Shown piece by piece: positions 1 to 10,320 of a stretch of 64,000 bases of DNA (positions within the stretch are counted from its first letter, which is position 1; the number at the start of each line of letters is the position of its first letter). The position numbers and the translations under genes were made by a program. Under the pieces are notes generated by a model that saw only the letters and a program-made list of their open reading frames with translations, did not search any database and was not told the origin of the DNA. Origin of the DNA: Candidatus Krumholzibacteriota bacterium (GTDB lineage: Bacteria > Krumholzibacteriota > Krumholzibacteriia > JAJRXK01); contig CAVXTH010000009.1 in NCBI GenBank assembly GCA_963764625.1, forward strand, positions 352,001 to 416,000. The letters are read 5' to 3'.

Positions 1-2
1 TT

Positions 3-1676
3 CCCTGGGATGAACGAGCAGATCTCTCCTTGCTTCCCTCTCTGGCTGTCGATGGAGTCCAGGTCACGCGCGGAACCGGAAGCGTGCTCGCTCCACCGAA
101 CTCGGTGGCGGGAAGGGTGGAGCTGACCACGCGCACGCAGAGCGCGGCGGGCTCGAAACAGAGCCTGCGCCTGGGTCTCGGTGAGGCGGCTCTTTACCAG
201 GCCTCGGGTCTCGTCTCGTGGGCCAACCACGACTGGGACGCAATGGCGTCGATTGCGCGCGAAAAGCGCGACGGCTTTCTCCTGCCCAAGAGCTACGTCC
301 CGGGATTCAATCAGGCTCCCGATCGCAGAACTCGCACCAACTCCGCCTTCGAGCGAAGTACCGCCCTGATGAAGATCGGGCGCAGTTGGAAGAACGGCAG
401 CCGGCTCACCCTGAACCTGCAGGGATACGATACATCCCGCTCGGTTCCTCCCGAGGATCACATCGCAGATGCCAGGTTCTGGCGCTATCCTCAGGTACAG
501 AGGGGGCTGTTGGGACTCGCCCTGAAGCTCCGCCCTTCGGGGGGCGAACGCTGGCAGGCCGACCTGAACGCTTCGGTGGATCGTTTCCATCAAGAAATCC
601 AGGCTTTTGACGATGCGAATTACGATACGCCGTCGCTCGCGCCCGGGATCGACTACGAAACCGACGACGATGCCACCGGGTTCCTGCGCTTCGAGTTGAG
701 CCGCAGTCTCGGCGAGACCGAACGGATCGCACTGGCCGCCAGCTCCCGCTATTCACGGCACACCGAGAGCCTCGTGTATCAGGGTCCCGAACAACACTTC
801 AGCGAGTGGCTCTCCGGGGCCGCACTCCAGTGGGAGCACCGGTCCGATGGCGGGGTGGGGTTGCGCTTGGGAGCCGGGCTCGACGCCGCGAACACTCCGG
901 AGACCGCCGACAAACCGGCGCGCGCGTCGCAAGCCGCGCCCGCGCTGAGCGTGCGCGCCAGCAAGGAGCTTTCCCCCCGCGCGCAGCTTTACACGGAGCT
1001 CGCCCGGAGGAGCCGTTTCCCCTCGCTGCGCGAACTCTACTCCGGCGCACTGGGGCGCTTCGAACCCAACCTGGACCTTCAGCCCGAGGACCAGAATTCG
1101 GTCGAATTCGGCGGCACCGTACAGGGACGGCGCTGGTCCCTGGCCAGTTCCGCCTTCTTGGACCTCACTCTCGACGGGATCGAACGAGTCAGTCTGCCGG
1201 GCGGGAAATTCATGCGGATCAACGCGCAGAAGCAGAGAGTGCTGGGCTTGGAGTTGGGAGGCACCTGGCGCCCGTACGCCGGCATGAAGCTTCAAGCGCA
1301 TCACTCCTTTCTTCACGCCCGCGCCGAACAGGACGGGTCCTTCGACGCCCGCATCGAAGATAGGCCGAGTTTCTTGAGTTATCTCGAATTGAGTCAGCGC
1401 TGGCGCTGGGGGGGAAGGCTGGCGGCCGAGGCCATCGCCACCGGCGCCCGCTTCAGCCAAGATCTCGATACGGGAGGATTGAAAGAAGTTCCGGCGGAGA
1501 TTCGGTGGAATCTGCGGGCGAGCTGGGAATTCGTCTCCGCCTCTAGCTGGTTCGATTCGACCGAGCTCTATCTGCGGGTCGATAACGTATTCGACACGCT
1601 CCTCTACTCCCAGCTCGGTCTGCCAGACCCGGGAAGAATGCTGCGCGTGGGAATCAACGCGGAATTCGGCGACTGA
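3..1676 (+). CDS. TonB-dependent outer-membrane receptor (5' truncated by the window edge)
   Basis: Frame is open from position 3. Plug-domain end 'DLSLLPSLAVDGVQVTRG...GRVELTT', 'RFPSLRELY...NLDLQPE' motif, C-terminal 'VDNVFDTLLY...PGRMLRVGINAEF'. Confidence 0.9.
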   Translation, partial: PWDERADLSLLPSLAVDGVQVTRGTGSVLAPPNSVAGRVELTTRTQSAAGSKQSLRLGLGEAALYQASGLVSWANHDWDAMASIAREKRDGFLLPKSYVPGFNQAPDRRTRTNSAFERSTALMKIGRSWKNGSRLTLNLQGYDTSRSVPPEDHIADARFWRYPQVQRGLLGLALKLRPSGGERWQADLNASVDRFHQEIQAFDDANYDTPSLAPGIDYETDDDATGFLRFELSRSLGETERIALAASSRYSRHTESLVYQGPEQHFSEWLSGAALQWEHRSDGGVGLRLGAGLDAANTPETADKPARASQAAPALSVRASKELSPRAQLYTELARRSRFPSLRELYSGALGRFEPNLDLQPEDQNSVEFGGTVQGRRWSLASSAFLDLTLDGIERVSLPGGKFMRINAQKQRVLGLELGGTWRPYAGMKLQAHHSFLHARAEQDGSFDARIEDRPSFLSYLELSQRWRWGGRLAAEAIATGARFSQDLDTGGLKEVPAEIRWNLRASWEFVSASSWFDSTELYLRVDNVFDTLLYSQLGLPDPGRMLRVGINAEFGD

Positions 1677-1773
1677 GAGTTTCACGGGCGATATCGCCAG
1701 AAACGCATGGAATGTGTATCCTGAATCTCATCGACTCTCCTTGCGAAACTTCCTTCTGGAAACCGGTTTGAGA

Positions 1774-3147
1774 ATGCAAGAGTGGACACCGAGCTCCTGG
1801 CGGACGAAAAGCGCCATTCAGCAGCCGAGCTATCCCGACTCGGACGAGTTGAAGTCCGTCGTCGAGCAGCTCTCGAAATTACCGCCGCTGGTCACCTCCT
1901 GGGAGATCGAGACGCTGAAGCGCAAGTTGGCCGCGGCGGCCGTGGGTGAAGTCTTTCTGCTCCAGGGCGGCGATTGCGCTGAGAGTTTTGATTCGTGCGC
2001 CGCTGACGTCATCACGGCACAACTCAAGATTCTCTTGCAGATGAGTCTGGTTCTGGTTCACGGCACCAAGAAGAAACTGGTGCGGGTGGGAAGAATCGCC
2101 GGTCAATACGCCAAACCTCGCAGCAGAGACGAGGAGCGGCGCGGAGATCTGAGCTTGCCCGCGTATCGGGGGGATCTGGTCAATCACACGGGCTTCACGC
2201 GAGAAGACCGCACACCTGACCCCAGTCTATTGCTGAGAGGCTACGAACACGCAGCCCTGACTCTGAATTTCATGCGCGCCCTTGCGGAAGGCGGTTTCGC
2301 CGATCTGCACCATCCCGAGTACTGGAAGCTCGACTTCGTGCAGCACTCGGCCTCCAAGGAAAAATACGAGGCCATCGTCGAGTCCATTCGCGACTCGGTG
2401 GCGTTCATGGAAAACGTGCTGGAAACGCGGGTCAACAACATGCGCCGCGCCGAGATCTACACCAGCCACGAGGGTCTCGCGTTGCACTACGAGCAGGCGC
2501 AGACCCGCACCGTGCCACGGCGCGAGGGCTATTACAATCTGGCCACGCACTTTCCCTGGATTGGACTGAGGACCTCCGATCCCGCCGGGGCACACGTGGA
2601 GTATTTCCGTGGCATCCGGAATCCCATTGCGGTGAAAATCGGGGCGCAGACCAGCGACGAGTGGATTAGCCAGTTACTCGAGATTCTCCACCCCGTCGAC
2701 GAACCGGGCCGACTCACCCTCATCCACCGTCTGGGGGTGGAGCACGTCGACGAACACCTTCCTCGCATCATTGAAGCCGTGCGCCGCAGCGGCAAGACAG
2801 TGGTCTGGTGCTGCGATCCCATGCACGGCAACACCGAACGCACGCCCAGCGGGCAGAAGACCCGCCATTTCGAAAAGATCATGGAGGAGACGAAACGAGC
2901 GTTCGCCATCCATGAGAAAATGGGAAGCCATCTGGCCGGGGTTCATCTGGAACTGACGGGAGAAGACGTGACCGAATGCGTGGGCGGCGCTCGCGGCTTG
3001 GCCGAGGCCGATCTCGAGCGGGCGTACCAGAGCACGGTCGATCCGCGACTCAACTACGAGCAGGCGCTGGAGATGGCCATGCTGATGGCTTACGAACTCG
3101 AGGCACCGCCCAAGGGCACACGCGCGGCTCAGGCAAAGAATCCCTGA
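1774..3147 (+). CDS. 3-deoxy-7-phosphoheptulonate (DAHP) synthase, class II
   Basis: Motifs 'LQGGDCAESF', 'GRIAGQYAKPRS', 'CDPMHGNT', 'HLELTG', 'DPRLN'. Start moved to ATG 1774 (MQEWTPSSW). Confidence 0.95.
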   Translation: MQEWTPSSWRTKSAIQQPSYPDSDELKSVVEQLSKLPPLVTSWEIETLKRKLAAAAVGEVFLLQGGDCAESFDSCAADVITAQLKILLQMSLVLVHGTKKKLVRVGRIAGQYAKPRSRDEERRGDLSLPAYRGDLVNHTGFTREDRTPDPSLLLRGYEHAALTLNFMRALAEGGFADLHHPEYWKLDFVQHSASKEKYEAIVESIRDSVAFMENVLETRVNNMRRAEIYTSHEGLALHYEQAQTRTVPRREGYYNLATHFPWIGLRTSDPAGAHVEYFRGIRNPIAVKIGAQTSDEWISQLLEILHPVDEPGRLTLIHRLGVEHVDEHLPRIIEAVRRSGKTVVWCCDPMHGNTERTPSGQKTRHFEKIMEETKRAFAIHEKMGSHLAGVHLELTGEDVTECVGGARGLAEADLERAYQSTVDPRLNYEQALEMAMLMAYELEAPPKGTRAAQAKNP

Positions 3148-3171
3148 GCCGCCTCAGCCGCGGCGGTGGGC

Positions 3172-4488
3172 CTAGCGCTTCACCGCCTTGGCCACCAGCT
3201 CCTTCAGATTCGGACCTCGCGTCGGCTTCAGATCGTAGGTGACTCGAGTATAGGGTTTCTCGATTTTCAAGATGCGGCTGAGGTCGATCGGCGTTCCCAC
3301 GATCACCGCGTCACAGTCGGTGGCGTTGATCGTGGTTTGAAGGTCGCGGACCTGTTCTCCGCTGTATCCCATGGCCGGCAGAAGCACCCCGATCTCCGGA
3401 TACTTCTCGAAAGTCGCGCTGAGCGTCCCCACGGTGTAGGGCCGCGGATCGACCATCTCCTTCACGCCGACCGCCCTGGCCGCGATGACGCCGGCGCCGT
3501 ACTTCATGCCCCCGTGGGTCAGAGTGGGTCCGTCCTCAACGACGAGCACGCGCTTGTTCTTGATGACCGAGGGATCGGCCACCGTCACCGGACTGTCCGC
3601 GTAGATGATCTTCGCGCTCGGGTTGTGTTCCTTCACGCTGGCCTCGACCTTGCTCACGTTTGCGGGGTCAGCCGAGTCCATCTTGTTGAAGATGATGACA
3701 TCGGCCATCTCCATGTTCTCGCGTCCCGGGTAGTAGCTGAGCTCGTGACCCGGACGGTGAGGATCGACGATGGTGATGTGGAGGTCGGGCTTGTAGAAGG
3801 GGGTGTCGTTGTTGCCGCCATCCCACAAAATGACGTCGGCTTCCTTCTCCGCCTCGCGCAGGATGGCCTCGTAGTCTACTCCGGCAAACACCAGAATGCC
3901 GTTGGCGATGTGCGGTTCGTATTCCTCCATCTCCTCGATCGTGCATTCGTGCTTCTTGAGGTCTTCGATGCTCGCGAAGCGCTGCACCGCTTGCTTGGCC
4001 AGATCTCCGTAGGGCATGGGATGACGAATGGCGGCGACTTTCAATCCGAGCTCCTGCAGAGCCTTGCCGATATAGCGAGTCGTCTGGCTCTTGCCGCATC
4101 CCGTGCGCACCGCACACACCGCGATCACCGGCTTCGTGCTCTCGATCATGACCTCTTTGGCGGGCGCGGTCTCGAAGCTCGCGCCGGCCGCCTCCACGAT
4201 CTTGCGCTTGCCGTCGACGTACTCGTAACTCACGTCGCTATAAGCGAAGACGACGTGCTCGACCTTGCGTTGCTTGATGAGCTTCTCGAGATCCGCCTCG
4301 GCTTCGATGGGGATCCCCTCGGGGTATCCGGGTCCCGCGAGAACGGCGGGGTACCGGCGGTCGTCGATGCCGGGAATCTGGGTCGCCGTGAAGGCGACGA
4401 CCTCGAAGGAGTCGTTGCCCCGGTAAAGGGTATTGAAGACGTGAAAATCCTTCCCCGCCGCGCCCATGATCAGCACTCTCTTCGCCAT
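3172..4488 (-). CDS. COG2403 P-loop NTPase, arginine synthetase (ArcE)-like; often annotated cyclic 2,3-diphosphoglycerate synthase/GTPase
   Basis: N-terminus 'LIMGAAGKDFHVFN...VVAFTATQIP', Walker A 'RTGCGKSQT', 'RHPMPYGDL', 'WDGGNND', 'VEDGPTLTHGGM'. GAGG lies upstream of ATG 4488. Confidence 0.85.
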   Translation of the reverse strand: MAKRVLIMGAAGKDFHVFNTLYRGNDSFEVVAFTATQIPGIDDRRYPAVLAGPGYPEGIPIEAEADLEKLIKQRKVEHVVFAYSDVSYEYVDGKRKIVEAAGASFETAPAKEVMIESTKPVIAVCAVRTGCGKSQTTRYIGKALQELGLKVAAIRHPMPYGDLAKQAVQRFASIEDLKKHECTIEEMEEYEPHIANGILVFAGVDYEAILREAEKEADVILWDGGNNDTPFYKPDLHITIVDPHRPGHELSYYPGRENMEMADVIIFNKMDSADPANVSKVEASVKEHNPSAKIIYADSPVTVADPSVIKNKRVLVVEDGPTLTHGGMKYGAGVIAARAVGVKEMVDPRPYTVGTLSATFEKYPEIGVLLPAMGYSGEQVRDLQTTINATDCDAVIVGTPIDLSRILKIEKPYTRVTYDLKPTRGPNLKELVAKAVKR

Positions 4489-4722
4489 GGTCCGACCTCT
4501 CACCATCGGGTTCGGCCGAGCGGGAGAAGACATTCTGAGAGTTCCCCTCGGCGAGAACGCTTCACGCTCCCAGATCCGTCGAATTCTTCCCCCATACTAG
4601 AAAGCCAGGGCGGTAAGTCCAAGGGGGGCTTCCGCGCACCCGAGCTGGCCATGAGCGGCGTCCCCCCGTACTCTCGGCGGGACCTTCCACCGCCCTGGGG
4701 CCCCTGCCAGGAGAACTCTGTC

Positions 4723-5625
4723 GTGCGAATCGGAATCACCGGATCCTCGGGACTTCTGGGCACGGCTCTCGTAAGCCGCCTCACCGGCCTGGACCATGAG
4801 GTCCTCGCGCTCGTAAGGCACAAGCCCCTCCATCCGGGCCAGATCCATTGGGATCCCTCCGCCGGGGCGATTCAGACCCAGGCCCTGGAGGGACTCGACG
4901 CGGTGGTGCATCTGGCGGGAGAGCCGATTGCCTCGGGGCGTTGGACGTCCTCCAAGCGAGCCCGTATCCGCGACAGTCGCGTGGAGGGAACGGGGCTCTT
5001 GGCCCGTGGACTGGCCGGTCTCTCGCGACGGCCACGGATGCTTCTCTGTGCCTCGGCCACCGGCTACTACGGCGAGCGGGGCGACGAAACGTGCGCGGAG
5101 GAAGACCCTCCAGGCCAGGGGTTCTTGGCCGAGACCTGCGCCGCGTGGGAACGCGCGGCGGATCCCGCGCGAGAGGCTGAAATCACCACCCTTTGTTTTC
5201 GAATCGGTATGGTGCTGACGCCCGCGGGCGGAGCGCTCGCGCGCATGCTCCCGTTCTTTCGGCTTGGACTCGGAGGGCCTCTCTCTTCCGGGGACCAGTT
5301 CTGGAGTTGGATAGCCCTGGAGGATCTGGTGAATCTTTTTCTTCACTATCTCACCCGCGAGAGTTCCTCCGGAGCGGTCAACGCGGTCGCCCCGGAGCCG
5401 GCTCGCTCGCGCGAGTTCGCGCGCGAGCTGGGCCGCGTACTGCGGCGCCCCGCGTTCTTGCCGGTGCCACGCTTCGCGTTGAGGCTCGTATTGGGTCCGA
5501 TGACCGACGAGGTACTGCTGTCCAGCACGCGGGCGCTCCCGCTTCGGGCCGTCCGCGAAGGATTCGAGTTCAACTCCCCCAGTTTGGGCGAAGCTCTACG
5601 TCGAGCCCTCGAACCGGCGAGATGA
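4723..5625 (+). CDS. TIGR01777-family NAD-dependent epimerase/oxidoreductase
   Basis: 'ITGSSGLLG' Rossmann motif, 'VHLAGEPI', 'SATGYYG', 'GFLAETCAAWE'. GTG start after AGGAG; the 5' part of the 819-aa ORF is antisense shadow. Confidence 0.9.
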   Translation: MRIGITGSSGLLGTALVSRLTGLDHEVLALVRHKPLHPGQIHWDPSAGAIQTQALEGLDAVVHLAGEPIASGRWTSSKRARIRDSRVEGTGLLARGLAGLSRRPRMLLCASATGYYGERGDETCAEEDPPGQGFLAETCAAWERAADPAREAEITTLCFRIGMVLTPAGGALARMLPFFRLGLGGPLSSGDQFWSWIALEDLVNLFLHYLTRESSSGAVNAVAPEPARSREFARELGRVLRRPAFLPVPRFALRLVLGPMTDEVLLSSTRALPLRAVREGFEFNSPSLGEALRRALEPAR

Positions 5626-5719
5626 GCTTGGGTTCACGCGCCCGCGGGTGTAGAGTACCGCCTGCGTTGACCGGCTCGTGAAGCCAAGGCCCCCCTAGAT
5701 CTCCGGAATTCGTCACCGC

Positions 5720-6499
5720 ATGAACACCCTGCAAGCTCTCGACTTCGCGATCCGGTCCTTCGTGCAGGAATCCGAGCACATGGCTCAGATTCTCTTCGGC
5801 GGATTCCGCTTCATGCGGAACGCCTGGCAGCACCGGGACCGAATCGAAGAGCAGGTGATACGGCTGGGGAGCTCCGCGGGGTGGGTCATGCTCTTGGCCG
5901 GTCTCTTCATCGGTCTCGTGCTGGCCATGGAATGGGGGACCAAGCTGGAGCAATTCGGCGCGAAGCTTCTCATGGGCCGCATCGTGGCGATCGGGGTGAT
6001 TCGAGAGATCGGACCAGTGCTCGCGGGCATCATGATCGCGGCGCGAACCGGATCGATGGTGGCGGCCGAGTTGGGTTCGATGAAGGTCACCGATCAGATC
6101 GACGCGCTCCGCGCTCTCGGAGCCGATCCCATCGAGTATCTGGTAATGCCCCGCCAAATCGCCAGCGTGCTCACTCTCCTCCCCTTGACGCTTTTCTGTG
6201 ATCTCATGGGCGTATTCGGAGGATGGGTGATCGCGGTGACTCTGCTGAACACCTCGAGCTCCTTCTACTGGGACTCAGCCTTGGATACCCTTCTGTTCAA
6301 AGATCTCGCGGTGGGTTTCATCAAGCCCATATTCTTTGGGTGGATCATTGCGTCCATCAGCGCGCACTACGGACTCTACACCCGCGGGGGAGCCGCGGGA
6401 GTGGGAGAGAGCGCGACGAAAGCGGTGGTGGCGTCGACACTTACCGTTCTCGCCACGGATTTCGTGCTCGGCAAACTCATCCTCACCCTCTGGGGCTGA
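5720..6499 (+). CDS. mlaE: MlaE-family ABC transporter permease
   Basis: 'REIGPVL...AARTGS..AAELGSMKVTDQIDALRALG.DP..YLVMPR', 'GGAAGVGESATKAVV'. Confidence 0.93.
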   Translation: MNTLQALDFAIRSFVQESEHMAQILFGGFRFMRNAWQHRDRIEEQVIRLGSSAGWVMLLAGLFIGLVLAMEWGTKLEQFGAKLLMGRIVAIGVIREIGPVLAGIMIAARTGSMVAAELGSMKVTDQIDALRALGADPIEYLVMPRQIASVLTLLPLTLFCDLMGVFGGWVIAVTLLNTSSSFYWDSALDTLLFKDLAVGFIKPIFFGWIIASISAHYGLYTRGGAAGVGESATKAVVASTLTVLATDFVLGKLILTLWG

Positions 6500-6509
6500 A
6501 GAGGAAGGT

Positions 6510-7286
6510 ATGACGGAGCTTCGAGATAGACCCAGACCGGATGAAGAAATCGTCATCGCGATGAAGGGCGTACACTTGTCCTTCACTCGCGACCGCGAAA
6601 TTCTCTCGGGAGTCGATTTCTTCGTGCGGCGCGGGGAAACCAAGGTCGTGCTGGGAGGGAGCGGGGAAGGCAAGAGCACGATCCTCCGCTTGGCTCTCGG
6701 ACTCTTGCGCCCGAACCAGGGCAGCGTGAAAATCTTCGGCGAGGAAATCAGCCACATGAGCGAAGCGGAACTCAAACCGATCCGTCATCGCATCGGAATG
6801 GTGTTTCAGGCAGGAGCGCTCTTCGATTCGATGACGGTGGCCGAAAACGTGGCCTTCTGCACTACTGAAACCCACGGTCTCTCCCTGGAGCAAGCCGAGC
6901 CCTTGGTGCGACAGCGCCTGGAGTACGTTGGACTGGCCGATGCCTACGATCTCATGCCGGCCGAACTCTCCGGAGGTATGACCAAGCGGGCCGCCATCGC
7001 CCGCGCCATGGTCTGTAGCCCCGAAGTCATCCTCTTCGACGAGCCGACGACCGGCGTCGATCCCATCGGGGTGCGACGATTGCTCAAGCTGATGTCTCGC
7101 CTTCGAGACGATTTTCGGGTGACCTCCATCGTCGTCACGCACATTCTGAGCGACGCCAAGCAGATTGCCGATAGCGTGGCCGTGCTGCGAGAGGGTAGAA
7201 TCGTGTTCGATGGCAGTTTTGCCGAACTCATGGCATCCGTGGACCCATTCATCCGCGAGTTCATCGCCCAGCAAGAAGGACTCTGA
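6510..7286 (+). CDS. mlaF: MlaF-family ABC transporter ATP-binding protein
   Basis: Walker A GGSGEGKS, 'FQAGALFDSMTVAENV', LSGGM, 'DEPTTGVDP'. Lies between mlaE and the MCE gene. Confidence 0.92.
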   Translation: MTELRDRPRPDEEIVIAMKGVHLSFTRDREILSGVDFFVRRGETKVVLGGSGEGKSTILRLALGLLRPNQGSVKIFGEEISHMSEAELKPIRHRIGMVFQAGALFDSMTVAENVAFCTTETHGLSLEQAEPLVRQRLEYVGLADAYDLMPAELSGGMTKRAAIARAMVCSPEVILFDEPTTGVDPIGVRRLLKLMSRLRDDFRVTSIVVTHILSDAKQIADSVAVLREGRIVFDGSFAELMASVDPFIREFIAQQEGL

Positions 7287-7289
7287 TTC

Positions 7290-8252
7290 ATGCCGGAACG
7301 GGAACCTCAGGGTTGGCGCAATCTGAAGATGGGAGTGTTCTTTCTGGCCACGACCGCCGTGCTTTTCGCGGCGCTGTTCGTGGTGGGAACCAACGCCCGA
7401 CTCTTCGAGCGCAAATACGAACTGAGATGCTACCTTCCCAACGCGCAACAGCTGGGTAAGGGCTCTATGGTCGCTCTCGCCGGCCTCGAAGTAGGGAAGA
7501 TCAAGGACATCCGCTTCGTGCATCGTGACGACGGCCGGAACATCGAACTCGTTCTGCAACTTCCCCTGAGCCGCCAGCATCAAATCACCGCCAGCTCGGT
7601 GGCGACGATTCGCACGGTTGGTGTGCTGGGAGATCGCTTCGTCGACATTACCGCCGGACAATTGGACGAGAAACCCATTCCTCGCGGCGGCAGGATCACG
7701 ATTCTGGATCCCACCGATTGGCCCGCGACCTTCCAGAAGGCGGCCGGGGCGCTCGACAGCTTCCTCGAGATCGTCAACAAGACCTCCGAAGCCGTCACGA
7801 AACTGAACCAGGGTGAAGGTATCCTGGCCATGCTGCTCAACGATCCAACCACGGCGCAAAACCTACGCGACACCGCATCGAATCTGGCAGAGATCAGCCG
7901 GGGATTGCGGGGGGGAAAGGGAAGTTTGGGTCGCCTCATGAAGGACGACAGCATGGCGCTCCAGCTCCAGGGCGCGATCGCACGCTTCGACTCTCTCGCC
8001 ACCATGGCGACCGACGGCCACGGCCTTCTGCCGCTTCTTTTGAACGACCAAGAGATGGCGGACGGGATGGGGAGGGCGGTGGCCGGGGCCGATACCCTCA
8101 TGAGTCAACTGCGTGGGGAGGGGACGGCCGCGCGTCTGCTCAGAGATGACCAGCTCTACCGCGAGATGCTGGGTAGCATGGAAGAAGTGCACGCCCTGAT
8201 TCAGAAGATCAAGGACCACCCCGAGCGCTACCTCAGTATTTCCTTCTTCTGA
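7290..8252 (+). CDS. mlaD: MCE/MlaD-family protein with long helical C-terminal region
   Basis: N-terminal TM, MCE domain 'LGKGSMVALAGLEVGKI...TVGVLGDRFVDI', repeated 'GxGxLxxLLxD' helices, C-terminal 'IKDHPERYLSISFF'. Confidence 0.9.
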   Translation: MPEREPQGWRNLKMGVFFLATTAVLFAALFVVGTNARLFERKYELRCYLPNAQQLGKGSMVALAGLEVGKIKDIRFVHRDDGRNIELVLQLPLSRQHQITASSVATIRTVGVLGDRFVDITAGQLDEKPIPRGGRITILDPTDWPATFQKAAGALDSFLEIVNKTSEAVTKLNQGEGILAMLLNDPTTAQNLRDTASNLAEISRGLRGGKGSLGRLMKDDSMALQLQGAIARFDSLATMATDGHGLLPLLLNDQEMADGMGRAVAGADTLMSQLRGEGTAARLLRDDQLYREMLGSMEEVHALIQKIKDHPERYLSISFF

Positions 8253-8319
8253 TCCAAGTTTTGCCGCTCAGATGTTGTATCATGGGGACTCGAGCGTTCC
8301 TTTGAGCTGGAGTCTCTTC

Positions 8320-10320
8320 ATGTTTCCTTCGCCTGAATTCGCGCTGAGTGCAAACCGCTGGCTGCACCGGGCTTCTCGCCGGGACCTCTGGCGACGCGCG
8401 GGCTTCGCCCTCTTCGTCGCGCTCCTCGCCCTTGGCGCCAGTCTTACGATCTCGGGGGGTGCGGTGGCCGCTCCGGCTCCGCTCAAGCCCTACGGGCAGC
8501 TGCTCAGTGAGGTGATGGCGTTCCTCTACAGCGACGTGGGAAACGGCGGCATCCGCACCTACGACGACGACCCCGCCGGACTGCCCGCTCCTCCGTATTT
8601 CTACCATTTTGCCATTCAGCACAACAACGACCTCGACAGCCGGCTGAGCGGATATCCGGGCTACCTGAGCATCTCGTATCCGGGTTTCACCACCAGCGTG
8701 GCGGTCGACGCGTTCTTGGATTGGTGGACCTATTCGGGAGATCAGGAAGCGCTGGATCGGGCGGTGACGATGATGGACTGGTTACTGGACCGCCGTACCC
8801 CCGCCACCGACATGTACGGCAACTGGCCCTATTCCACCCAGACCGAGGGCGTCATGGGAGGGGGCTTCGACGGCGAGTCGATCATGAGCGACAAGCCGGC
8901 CATGATAGCTCTGCGCTGCCTGCGTCTGCACCGCATCACCGGGCAGGCGAGGTTTCTCGACGCGGCTCTTCAGATCGCCGATACCTACGTGGCCACCCAA
9001 CTTTCCGGCGGAGTGGAAGACGACGGGCGATGGCCCTTCCGGGTGCGTCCATCCGACGGACTCGTGATCCAGGATTATACCAGCCATCTGATTCCCATCG
9101 TGCGCTTGCTCGAGACTCTCGAAGTCGATCACTCCGGTAACGGCTACGGCGCCGCGGCCGCGAAGGCGATGGCGTGGCTCACCGCCAATCCTCTCGAACC
9201 AACGAGTCCGCAGTACATGCACTGGGAAGGTTTCTACGAGGACGTGCCCCCGGCGGAGATGATCGGCGAGATCGACCACTACAGCGCCGAGGAAACTCTG
9301 GAGTACCTCCTCGACCGCGACGCTCCCGGCGATCTCGACAAGGCGATCGAGATCATGGACTGGTCGACCAACCGCTACCTGGCTCCCTGGAGCATGGAAA
9401 ACGGCTACGACGCCTACGCCCCGGTGGTCCTGGAGTGGGATCACTGGCCCCATTCCACCTATTCTGCCACCGGTCAGTGGGCCTGGATGCAGTTGAGACT
9501 GGACGCGATGACCGCGGGTACTGCCGCGAACGACACCATCTGGCGGAGCCGGGCCATTCTGGCCTTGAATAGCCTGACCTACGGCCAGGGACCGTTTTCC
9601 CCGCCGGGCGGCGACGGCCGGATGCTCACCACCATCCGCGAACTGACCGACCCGACCTTTCTTCCCGAGACCTGGTACGAGCAGAACTTCAACACCGTGA
9701 AGTACATGCTCCAGGCCTTCGGACTCGTACCCGAGCTGGCGCCCGACGACGAGAATCATCTGCTTGCCTACGAAGGCGCACAGCCCACTTCGGTGCAGTA
9801 TTCGACCACCGAAATCACGATCGCCTGGGACGGTCCCGGCGTAGCGCATTTCAAATTGGCCGGCGCCCCTTACGGTGTGCTGCTGAACGATGGTTGGATC
9901 GATCCGGTCGCTCCGGGAGTTCCCCTGGATCGGAGTTGGCGTTACGACGCGAGCACACACGTGCTGGATGTGGCGCACGAAGGCGAGACGGTGCGGATCA
10001 TCCTCACGGCAGGGCCTCTGACCGGGACGCCGCCCGTCCGCAATCCGTTAAGCTTGGGTCCGGCCTATCCCCAACCCTTCAATCCCAGGACGGTCATTCC
10101 CTTTTCACTCGCCAAAGGAGAGTCGATCCGACTCGTGGTGGTCGACCTACACGGACGCCTCGTCAAGGTACTCGCCAGCGGCTTCTGGCCACAGGGCCGA
10201 GCACAGACGAGTTGGGATGGCACGGACAACAGCGGCCTCGCGGTGGGCAGCGGCGTCTATCACGCGGTGCTGAGCACACAGGGGAGCCGCGTCGCGACGC
10301 CCCTGGTGCTGGTGCGCTAG
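8320..10320 (+). CDS. Secreted protein: probable alpha/alpha-toroid domain plus C-terminal FlgD-Ig/T9SS-type sorting domain
   Basis: Signal peptide ending AVA, helical repeats with 'GNWPY' and 'DGRWPF', C-terminal 'AYPQPFNP...DLHGRLV...WDGTDNSG...SGVY...LVLVR'. Start is uncertain. Confidence 0.75.
   Translation: MFPSPEFALSANRWLHRASRRDLWRRAGFALFVALLALGASLTISGGAVAAPAPLKPYGQLLSEVMAFLYSDVGNGGIRTYDDDPAGLPAPPYFYHFAIQHNNDLDSRLSGYPGYLSISYPGFTTSVAVDAFLDWWTYSGDQEALDRAVTMMDWLLDRRTPATDMYGNWPYSTQTEGVMGGGFDGESIMSDKPAMIALRCLRLHRITGQARFLDAALQIADTYVATQLSGGVEDDGRWPFRVRPSDGLVIQDYTSHLIPIVRLLETLEVDHSGNGYGAAAAKAMAWLTANPLEPTSPQYMHWEGFYEDVPPAEMIGEIDHYSAEETLEYLLDRDAPGDLDKAIEIMDWSTNRYLAPWSMENGYDAYAPVVLEWDHWPHSTYSATGQWAWMQLRLDAMTAGTAANDTIWRSRAILALNSLTYGQGPFSPPGGDGRMLTTIRELTDPTFLPETWYEQNFNTVKYMLQAFGLVPELAPDDENHLLAYEGAQPTSVQYSTTEITIAWDGPGVAHFKLAGAPYGVLLNDGWIDPVAPGVPLDRSWRYDASTHVLDVAHEGETVRIILTAGPLTGTPPVRNPLSLGPAYPQPFNPRTVIPFSLAKGESIRLVVVDLHGRLVKVLASGFWPQGRAQTSWDGTDNSGLAVGSGVYHAVLSTQGSRVATPLVLVR

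Noticed and set aside
3166-4722. Apparent 819-aa fusion ORF ahead of the TIGR01777 domain
   Set aside because: The 5' part is the antisense shadow of the ArcE-like gene; the real start is GTG 4723 with an RBS.
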